Shown one piece after another: positions 10,278-17,574 of a DNA stretch of 64,000 nt. Both the position numbers and the translations under genes were made by a program. The stretch is from assembly GCA_017609985.1 (NCBI GenBank), contig JAFCCW010000013.1, positions 25,520 to 89,519 on the forward strand. Direction: 5' to 3'. The stretch is from Candidatus Iainarchaeum sp. (GTDB lineage: Archaea > Iainarchaeota > Iainarchaeia > Iainarchaeales > JAFCCW01). The first letter of the stretch is position 1; each line of letters opens with the position of its first letter. The notes beneath the pieces were generated by a model that worked only from the letters and a program-made list of their open reading frames with translations, ran no database searches and was not told the origin of the DNA.

Positions 10278-10312
10278 TTCCTCACCTAATTGCCTAATTA
10301 CATCAAGCCAAT

Positions 10313-10340
10313 AAACCTATTTATATGAATTGGTTCAATC
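10313..10340 (-). promoter_or_regulatory. conserved promoter/operator motif, copy 2
   Basis: aaacctatttatatgaattggttcaatc. It lies 35 nt upstream of the epimerase ATG at 10277. No plus-strand gene follows it, which argues for minus-strand function. Confidence 0.5.
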
Positions 10341-10365
10341 GTTAAACTTTTTGAATTGTTTGCAA

Positions 10366-11241
10366 TCAAATCCTGCCCTTTCCCTTCACTCTCTTTCTTC
10401 TCTCTTCAAGAGTGTGCCCTAAGTTCTTCATGTTTCTCCAATAGCTCTTGAGCAAGAACAAGAACATTCCATCTCTAATGCTCTGCACAAAAATTAGCCC
10501 TAAGCCGGGAATGTGCCTTGCGAATTCTAGTGGTCCAAGATTGTAAAGCATTGCCTTAATGCGATTCTCGTTCATCAAAGTGTACTGCCATTCCTTTCCA
10601 GTCTGTCTTTTTGTGTCCACACTTCCATAATGGACTACTCTGCTTTTGTCTGTTTCAACAATCTTGTAGCCAGCCCGCCTTGCCCTATAGCACCAGTCTG
10701 TTTCCTCTCCATAAATTGGGGAAAAATTTCCAGCATCAAGCACTCCAATTTCTTTCACAACACTTTTTTTCATGAGCATTGCTGCTCCGCAAGTAGTCAA
10801 CACTTCTCTGTCTGCCCCAGTCTTAAAATTTCCTTTCTCAAAGTCAACATCCTGAACAAGCCTGCTTCCAACTGCCCCAATCCCTTCATCACTCTCTGCT
10901 TTTTTCACAGCCTCTTTCAGCCAGCCCCTTGTGACTTGGGTGTCATTGTTCAGCATGTAATAATAGTCTCCCTTCGCAATTTCAAATCCTTGATTGTTTG
11001 CAAAAGCAAAACCCTTGTTCTCTTTGTTGTAAATAACTCTGTCAATCAAACCCTTTTTCTTAGCCTTCTTTATGTTTTCAACATCTTTTTTTTCACTGCC
11101 GTTGTCCACAAGGATTACTTCATATCTGCCATAAACTGTGTTCTTCTTAATGGACTTCAGGCAGTTGTTAAGAAAGCCCCATCCGTTCCAGTTCAGTACA
11201 ATCACTGAAACCATTTTTTCTTTTTCTGCCATAAACATCAC
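10366..11241 (-). CDS. family 2 glycosyltransferase (GT-A)
   Basis: VSVIVLNWNG and ILVDNGSEK motifs. 291 aa. Confidence 0.75.
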   Translation of the reverse strand: MMFMAEKEKMVSVIVLNWNGWGFLNNCLKSIKKNTVYGRYEVILVDNGSEKKDVENIKKAKKKGLIDRVIYNKENKGFAFANNQGFEIAKGDYYYMLNNDTQVTRGWLKEAVKKAESDEGIGAVGSRLVQDVDFEKGNFKTGADREVLTTCGAAMLMKKSVVKEIGVLDAGNFSPIYGEETDWCYRARRAGYKIVETDKSRVVHYGSVDTKRQTGKEWQYTLMNENRIKAMLYNLGPLEFARHIPGLGLIFVQSIRDGMFLFLLKSYWRNMKNLGHTLEERRKRVKGKGRI

Positions 11242-11279
11242 TTAACATCAACAAGTTTTAAAGATTTAACCAGCCCAGC

Positions 11280-11783
11280 CTACAATCCTGCTTCAGTTTC
11301 TCTGAGAAATTTTTCAATCCTTTTCACAAGCCTTGTTCTGGTTGAACCATTCTTTGGCTTGAAAGTCAAAGCTTTGTCTAGTGTTTCCTCAAGCTCTCCG
11401 ATTTCGTTCACAACCAAAATCTTGCCTTCTTGCTCCATTGCCTCTGCAATTTCTGACTGATGGTTGTTGGTGTGCTCTCCAAACTTTTTCTGGCGTGGCA
11501 CAACCACTACTGGTTTTTCCAGCTTCAAAGCATGAATTATTGTGCCTGCGCCCCCGTGGCATACAACAACTTCAGCTTCCTTAAACATTTTCTCGTACTC
11601 TTCTCCAGACCAGTAGTTTTTCTGATTTGCGTTCTTCATCTTGTGGCTGGAGCAACCGCTTTGCACAGAAAAACTCCAGTTACTGGAAGAGGCAATTCTG
11701 TCAATTTCCTTCAAAAGCCGGTTAAACTGCTGTGGGTGCGTGCCCACGGAAACAAAGATTTTTTTTTTATTTGCAGTCATCAA
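11280..11783 (-). CDS. Alg13-like glycosyltransferase C-terminal-domain subunit (Glyco_tran_28_C / PssE-like)
   Basis: IFVSVGTHPQQFNRLL and VVCHGGAGTIIHAL...PRQKKFGEHTNNHQSEIAEAM. Confidence 0.7.
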   Translation of the reverse strand: MMTANKKKIFVSVGTHPQQFNRLLKEIDRIASSSNWSFSVQSGCSSHKMKNANQKNYWSGEEYEKMFKEAEVVVCHGGAGTIIHALKLEKPVVVVPRQKKFGEHTNNHQSEIAEAMEQEGKILVVNEIGELEETLDKALTFKPKNGSTRTRLVKRIEKFLRETEAGL

Positions 11784-12226
11784 AACACACTGCCAGCATA
11801 CTCTGCTTTTGGATAAAACTCAAGGTTTTCCTTCCACTGGACAAGAAAGAGGTCTGCCAGCCTGTACATTATTCTTCCGCTCAGGCTCTTTTCCCTGATT
11901 CTGCAAAAGCTTTCAATAAAGACTACTTTTTTTCCAAACAGTTTTGCAATCAGGCAGGTTGCAATCGCTGTGTCAGCTCCAGTGCTGATAACCAAGTCAG
12001 GTTTTTCTTTCACGAAAATCTTCATTGACTGCCACAGGTTCACTATCAGTTTCAATGGATTCCTTCGCGGGCACTCTATAAAAAAAACTTTTTCCCTGCC
12101 AGCCAACTCTTCCGAGTCAAGCCTCTTGTCTGTGAGAAAATAGTGCTCCCGGCCTTCAAATGTTTCACTTAACTGAAGCAGTTCTGTTAGATGACCTCCA
12201 GCGGAACTAGCACAGCAGATTTTCAT
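11780..12226 (-). CDS. Alg14-like oligosaccharide biosynthesis subunit (PssD-like)
   Basis: ASSAGGHLTELLQL and VISTGADTAIATCLIAKLFGKKVVFIES. Its 3' end overlaps the start of the downstream Alg13-like gene by 4 nt. Confidence 0.7.
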   Translation of the reverse strand: MKICCASSAGGHLTELLQLSETFEGREHYFLTDKRLDSEELAGREKVFFIECPRRNPLKLIVNLWQSMKIFVKEKPDLVISTGADTAIATCLIAKLFGKKVVFIESFCRIREKSLSGRIMYRLADLFLVQWKENLEFYPKAEYAGSVF

Positions 12227-12323
12227 GCAAACAATATGACAGTAAACGCTTTTATAGGCTTTTTTTCGATGAATGGATTAATTCAACAGACAAAATTAAA
12301 TATTTCTTCTCCCTATTTTTTCA

Positions 12324-13071
12324 ATGCCAAAGCGTTTTGTGGAAAGAGTAAGGAGTTTGCAATCTCACCTTACAGGCAGAGGCTTTACTGAGTTTGCAAC
12401 CTCTCAGGGAGACAGGCGTGTTTCAAGTCAGAGAATGTCTTCACTAAAACAAGCAGTCGGCGAAAAGCTTGAACAGCTTGAAAGAAATCCTTCAGACAAA
12501 GCATTGTTCGAACTCCATCGCGAGGTTGAGGCTTACCGGGCGCAGGGTGGGTTTGCTCTGCCTGAGGCGATGCTCTTACTTGAGGAAATAGAGCATAGAA
12601 TAAAGCAGTCAAGGCCTGTTAAAAGGCTAGCTGAACAGCTCTCCGAGTTTGACCTGAATAATCTTTACATTTCTCCCAAGAACGCAGAATACCTAATGGA
12701 ACAATCTGCTTTTCCAGAGCATCATAGAAACCTTGGCTACGAGGTTTCAGGAAGCGCAAAAATCGTGAAAACAGAAAAAGGTTTTGAAATAGTTCCCGTG
12801 ACTCAGTCAATTGAAGACCATGCTCCAAGCACTGTTGCAATAGACCTGCCTGCTTTTTTCAAGAGCGGTTCTCATCTTTTCTGGCACACGCATCCTGCTG
12901 GAAGCAGTCAGCAGAGAAATTCTTTGGGAGACAGGGGGCTCATCAGACAGGATTGGCATCCCGATTGTCATGGCAATGGATGCCAGGCAAATGTTTGACT
13001 TTTTAGGAGATAAAAAGCCAGTTATTGAATTGCATTATGCTGGAAAACAGTATGGGGTGAATGTGAGATGA
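12324..13071 (+). pseudogene. frameshifted JAB/MPN-like (HxH...SxxD) protein gene
   Basis: The 224-aa ORF (12324-12998) contains FWHTHPAGSSQQRNSLGD and ends in odd Cys/His-rich sequence soon after a G5 run at 12934-12938. Reading in the +1 frame from that run gives plausible sequence (GSSDRIGIPIVMAMDARQMFDFLGDKKPVIELHYAGKQYGVNVR). That frame ends in an ATGA stop/start overlap at 13068-13071. The region looks more G+C-rich than its neighbours by eye. Confidence 0.4.
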
Positions 13072-13178
13072 GAATTAGAACTTTCAAAAAGATTGCTGGA
13101 AAAACAGTCCTTGATATTGGAGCCGGGGACTCTGACTGTGTAAAAATACTTAACGAAAAAGAAGCTTGCGGAAAATAA
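13068..13178 (+). pseudogene. 36-codon remnant of a class I methyltransferase N-terminus
   Basis: MRIRTFKKIAGKTVLDIGAGDSDCVKILNEKEACGK-stop. VLDIGAGDS resembles SAM-binding motif I, but the ORF stops after 36 codons. Confidence 0.3.
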
Positions 13179-13184
13179 TTTTAT

Positions 13185-14231
13185 TTAGTTTTTTTTTGTC
13201 TGCTTTGCTGAAATAAGTTTTTGCAAGAACATCAAATTGTAGTTGAAGAAAAAGACATCAATGGGAACAAAGATAATTGTTGCCACTAAAATCAGCACTA
13301 AGAATCCAATGATAAGCAGTAGAATTGCTGGAATCAAAACCGCGGCTGACATTGACACAAGCGGAATCAAAACCAATGCTAAAAGCAGTCCAACTATGAC
13401 AAATGGAATTGCAATAACCAATACTCCAATAATCTGTATTATTGTTGCTACAAAGCTCAGAATTGTTTGCATTATAATCAGCAATACAACCTGCAAAATA
13501 TTTTGTTTTGTGAGCGAAATACTTTTCTTTAAAGCCTCCCACGCCCGCAGTTCACTTAAGTACAGCCAGTAGGCAACAAACTGAATAACTAAATAATTAA
13601 TAATCGCGAGCACGATGAATGCAATGATTGAAATAAGCACAAGAAGCCCCATTAATACAGTGTTTGAAGCAAGACCTGCGGCTGGTCCAAGAATAGCTGG
13701 ATCTATTTTCAAAAAGAATAAAGCAAGTGAAATTCCTGCGAGAAGCATTATTAACATAAAAGGCAGTCCCAAAAGCGCTAGCGTGATTTCAAGAATCGAA
13801 AGCGAGAGAGCTTTTCTGTAAAACTTTTTCAGGTAAGATATAATGCTGACCTGATTTGTTGAAACACTTTCAAGAATAGCAAAAAAGCACATATTCTTTA
13901 ACAGAGTGAAAATAATGCTGAAGACAAACAGGATTACTATGCCAATCAGAATCCAAAAAGCAAAAGCATTGATTGTTTGCTGGGGAATTGAAGCAAACCA
14001 TGCTGGTAATCCAGTTAAACCATCTTTTATTTTAGTAATATCCAAAGAATTCGAGTTGAAGTTGAAATTGCTTCCTCCGCCGCCTCCTGAAAACAGGGAG
14101 AAAACAAAGACAAGCAATCCAATTTTTACCCATTTCCAGAACAGGCCGGGGCCGGAGAAAAACTTCTTTGTTTTGTCAATCGCGGGTTCGATTAAATCAA
14201 TTGCATGCCAAGACATAATATTAACAAACAT
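13185..14231 (-). CDS. hypothetical polytopic membrane protein
   Basis: 348 aa, with many long hydrophobic segments and a GGGGGSNFNFNSNS linker. No family recognised. Confidence 0.6.
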   Translation of the reverse strand: MFVNIMSWHAIDLIEPAIDKTKKFFSGPGLFWKWVKIGLLVFVFSLFSGGGGGSNFNFNSNSLDITKIKDGLTGLPAWFASIPQQTINAFAFWILIGIVILFVFSIIFTLLKNMCFFAILESVSTNQVSIISYLKKFYRKALSLSILEITLALLGLPFMLIMLLAGISLALFFLKIDPAILGPAAGLASNTVLMGLLVLISIIAFIVLAIINYLVIQFVAYWLYLSELRAWEALKKSISLTKQNILQVVLLIIMQTILSFVATIIQIIGVLVIAIPFVIVGLLLALVLIPLVSMSAAVLIPAILLLIIGFLVLILVATIIFVPIDVFFFNYNLMFLQKLISAKQTKKN

Positions 14232-14292
14232 AACAGGCTGTATTTAATTGTTTCTGGTTGGTGTGAGTGCAGGATTTTGTTAGAAGTTGTGA

Positions 14293-15036
14293 TTATTCTT
14301 CAACACATTTCATTTCCCTGCATTCAAATCCTTCTTTGCAATCAAATATGAGAAAACATTCGATGCAGACTCTTGCGTTTGAATAACAGGAATATTTTCC
14401 GCTTTCGCAGTTCTCGCATTCTTGAATGCAGTCTTCATCTAAAGAACACTCATCAATTGTTTCTCCAGTTACAGTGATTGTTTTCTTTACTGTTTTAACA
14501 GGTTTCAATTTTGTAAGGATTTCTTTTTTTTCCGAAGAAGACAAATTTGAAATAAATTCTTGATTATTGGTTAATCTATTTATTTCTTCAGCTTCAAAAA
14601 CCTGTAGTTCCAGTGAATAGTTTCCTGCGGAAATGAAGAAAGGAAGCAATCCGCGAAAAGAATGGCTGGTTTCGCTTATTTCAAAGGCCTGTATTTCATT
14701 TGTGCTTGTGACTTTGGGATAAATCGTGCCAGAAACACAAAACTCTTTGGCACTAAATCCTTCTTTTTCACAAATCATTACAAAATAGTATTCCTTTGAA
14801 ACATTCTTGAATGAATATTCCCCGCTAATAAGTTCCCTTGTTTTAAGTTTTGTTTTTGGAATAGAAAACTCAATTTCCAGAATACTCTCATTTGAATAAT
14901 TCAGTTCTCCTGCGTTGCTGTCATCTTCAACTGTTTGTTCATTTGCTGAAGAATCTTCTTTTGTTACTGGGATTGAAACACACCCTGAAAAAACAAGCAA
15001 CATAATCAACAAAAAAGCATTTATTTTAAATTGCAT
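14293..15036 (-). CDS. hypothetical secreted / lipobox-like protein with Cys-rich C-terminus
   Basis: Signal peptide MQFKINAFLLIMLLVFSGC. There are 12 Cys in the last ~50 aa (CSLDEDCIQECENCESGKYSCYS...CIECFLIFDCKEGFECREMKC). The start is placed at the ATG at 15036; the track start at 15057 is a TTG. Confidence 0.6.
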   Translation of the reverse strand: MQFKINAFLLIMLLVFSGCVSIPVTKEDSSANEQTVEDDSNAGELNYSNESILEIEFSIPKTKLKTRELISGEYSFKNVSKEYYFVMICEKEGFSAKEFCVSGTIYPKVTSTNEIQAFEISETSHSFRGLLPFFISAGNYSLELQVFEAEEINRLTNNQEFISNLSSSEKKEILTKLKPVKTVKKTITVTGETIDECSLDEDCIQECENCESGKYSCYSNARVCIECFLIFDCKEGFECREMKCVEE

Positions 15037-15094
15037 GCTGAAATAAAGAAACCCCAACTATAAAAACCTTTTTTCACCGGAAATCTCGTGCTTC

Positions 15095-15108
15095 AAAGCT
15101 TTTTAATT
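15095..15108 (+). promoter_or_regulatory. BRE/TATA-like promoter (aaagctttttaatt) for the nuclease gene
   Basis: The A/T-rich box is centred about 29 nt upstream of the ATG at 15132, which implies a leaderless or very short-leader mRNA. Similar aagcttttTAAA boxes precede 5S rRNA and psmA. Confidence 0.4.
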
Positions 15109-15131
15109 GGTTTTCCTTCTCATTATCTCCT

Positions 15132-16319
15132 ATGCCAACTTATTCTCATTCTCGTCTGAACAAGTTTGAGAACTGTCCGCTCTCCTACTACTACAGTTAT
15201 GTAGACAAACCTTATGTTGAATACGTGCAGGGGATTGAGGGTTTTCTTGGAAACATAGTTCACAATACTCTTGAAAAACTTTACAAAGAACTTATGCTCA
15301 CAAAATTCAACTCCCTTAACTCCATTCTTCAATACTATGAAAAGCAGTGGAAAGAAAACTTCACTGAAGACATTGTCATTGTCAAAAAAGGACTGAAGGC
15401 AGAGCACTATCATGACCTTGGCAGAAAATGCGTTGAAGACTATTACGCGCGTCATCAACCGTTTGATGAAGACAAAACAATCGCCTGCGAAAAACGCGTA
15501 ACCATAAAGCTGGATTCGGGACACAGGCTGTGTGGTTATATTGACAGGCTGTCTGAACAAGAGGAAGGTCATTACGTGATACACGACTACAAGACATCCG
15601 GTCGCCTGCCCATACAAGACCAAGCAGACCAGGACAGACAGCTTGCGCTCTACCAGATTGGAGTCTTGCAGGAATTCAATGACGCGCTTGATGTAGACTT
15701 GTGCTGGCATTATCTTGCTTTTGACAAGGACATCTGGAGCAAGCGAAGCGAGGAAGACCTTGACGAACTCAAAAAGAACATAATATCTCTTATTGGGGAA
15801 GTTGAAAAAGCAGAGAAGAAAGGAGAGTTTCCCTGCAAGGAAGGCCCTCTCTGCTCTTGGTGCATGTTCTCTCACATCTGCCCTGCAAAGGGTCACGAGG
15901 TACTAGTGGAAAACCTGCCTGTTCGGGAATTCAAAAAAGAAGCTGGTGTGAAAATCGTGAACCAGTATGTGAAGCTGAACAACGAGATAGCCGAACTAAG
16001 CGGGAAGTTGGAAGAGATAAAACAGGATGCGTTTTCTTATGCTGATCAGCATGAATTGGAGAAAATTGTCGGAAGCGATGCTGCTTTGAAAATTTATTCA
16101 GGGAAGAGTTTTTCACTGGCTGGGCTATCTGCTGAACAGAAGGAAGAGCTGGAAAAGCTGTTAAAAGACGAGAAGCTGTTGAAGCGATTCCAGTTGCTTG
16201 ACACAAGAGCGCTGGGGAACGCGGTTGCGAAAGAGGAATTAGAGAAAGGCGCTGTGAAAAAAATCAAGAAGTTTGGAGAAGAAAAAGAAAACAAGAGTTT
16301 AAGGATTGTAAAGAAGTAA
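15132..16319 (+). CDS. PD-(D/E)XK nuclease, Cas4/RecB-like with 4-Cys cluster, plus C-terminal coiled-coil
   Basis: N-terminal MPTYSHSRLNKFENCPLSYYY, catalytic-like IHDYKTS, and C-terminal CSWCMFSHIC. One N-terminal Cys plus CxxCx5C is the Cas4/AddB Fe-S pattern. The last ~140 aa are K/E-rich helical sequence. Confidence 0.75.
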   Translation: MPTYSHSRLNKFENCPLSYYYSYVDKPYVEYVQGIEGFLGNIVHNTLEKLYKELMLTKFNSLNSILQYYEKQWKENFTEDIVIVKKGLKAEHYHDLGRKCVEDYYARHQPFDEDKTIACEKRVTIKLDSGHRLCGYIDRLSEQEEGHYVIHDYKTSGRLPIQDQADQDRQLALYQIGVLQEFNDALDVDLCWHYLAFDKDIWSKRSEEDLDELKKNIISLIGEVEKAEKKGEFPCKEGPLCSWCMFSHICPAKGHEVLVENLPVREFKKEAGVKIVNQYVKLNNEIAELSGKLEEIKQDAFSYADQHELEKIVGSDAALKIYSGKSFSLAGLSAEQKEELEKLLKDEKLLKRFQLLDTRALGNAVAKEELEKGAVKKIKKFGEEKENKSLRIVKK

Positions 16320-16537
16320 GATTTTGCTAAACCAGATCCGCTAATGACTTGAACTGGAATTTTCCTTTTTTAAATTGAAAATTAATAATTAATAATCCTT
16401 GCAATTACTTTGCTCTTTTTGGAACAATCCTGTCTTTAGAGTCCGCCGAAAACAGATATCACAAAATCAAAGGGTTTTTTTGGTTTAAATCCATTGATAT
16501 GGCGAGAAGTTTTTGAAGATTAAAAATCTTTTCGTTT

Positions 16538-17566
16538 TTAGACAACCATCCACTTGAAGTAGACGAGTGAGAGAACAACCAGGCAGATTGCTGTCTGCAT
16601 TCCAAGAATAATCTGGGTAACTTGTTTTTCAGTGAACTTGCCTTGCCTCATTACCCAGTGGGTTAGTGAACCGCCGTTAGGGCTTGCTTTCAAAGTGCCG
16701 TCTTCCTGTGGCAAGCCAAAGCACTCTGACTTAAAGCCATGCCTTGCCTTGAACAATAACTCCACAAAGAAAAGAGAGAACAACAGAATACCAATCTTTT
16801 CCATGTCGCCGACAATCACTGCTGCAGCAGCAGCTGCACCGTAAAGAAGTGTAAGAGAATCGCCTCCGAAAATTTTTGCAGGAAACCAGTTAAATCTTAG
16901 AAATCCAAGCAGTCCGCCAAGAACAGCAGCAGAAATTACTGCACTCTCTGCAATTCCTAAATAAAGCGAGACAATCAAAATGCTTCCGTGAATTAATGCG
17001 CCTAAACCTGCTTCCAGTCCATTGAATCCAGCAAGCATATTAGCAGCATTGCTTGCTCCAGTAACACCAGCTGGAACAAAGAAAAGAGAATAAAACAAGC
17101 CAAATGAGACATAGCCGAATACTGGAATCATTATTTCTGTTGGCAAAGGGCCAATGAAGGGAATATTCATTGCAGGATTGTTTATTTTCACAGCCATTAA
17201 TGGAAGCGCAGCAAACACTGGCATTAACGCGTGCTGCCACTGCTTTATTCCAGACTTCCACCCAAGCAAGTCGTCAACAAAACCGATTACTGCTACAAGA
17301 GCTATTGTGCAAAAAGCAGCAAGTATTAAAGTAATGTTCAAATCAATAATGTGCAGATAAGAAAAAGCAAACAACGCTGCTACAAGACCCAGTGAAAATC
17401 CAAAGAAAACAGACAATCCTCCGATTTCCGGAATGCGCGGATTTCCCACTTTATTCATGTCTTTTCCAAGCAAGTCTCTTGCCTTAATTCTTTCAATAAG
17501 TCTGGGTGTAATAAACAAGACAGTTGCAATGGAGAGAAAAAAACTGATAAATGCTGCTAAAAGCAT
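16538..17566 (-). CDS. aglH: UDP-GlcNAc:dolichyl-phosphate GlcNAc-1-phosphate transferase (MraY/WecA family, AglH-like)
   Basis: 342-aa polytopic membrane protein. It has GFVDDLLG and NAANMLAGFNGLEAG motifs typical of polyprenyl-phosphate HexNAc-1-P transferases. Confidence 0.8.
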   Translation of the reverse strand: MLLAAFISFFLSIATVLFITPRLIERIKARDLLGKDMNKVGNPRIPEIGGLSVFFGFSLGLVAALFAFSYLHIIDLNITLILAAFCTIALVAVIGFVDDLLGWKSGIKQWQHALMPVFAALPLMAVKINNPAMNIPFIGPLPTEIMIPVFGYVSFGLFYSLFFVPAGVTGASNAANMLAGFNGLEAGLGALIHGSILIVSLYLGIAESAVISAAVLGGLLGFLRFNWFPAKIFGGDSLTLLYGAAAAAAVIVGDMEKIGILLFSLFFVELLFKARHGFKSECFGLPQEDGTLKASPNGGSLTHWVMRQGKFTEKQVTQIILGMQTAICLVVLSLVYFKWMVV

Positions 17567-17574
17567 TAAGCCAC

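Noticed and set aside
15123-15896. 257-aa minus-strand ORF overlapping the nuclease gene.
   Set aside because: It is antisense to an ORF with clear PD-(D/E)XK and Cas4-like Cys motifs. Its translation has no recognisable features and an odd composition.
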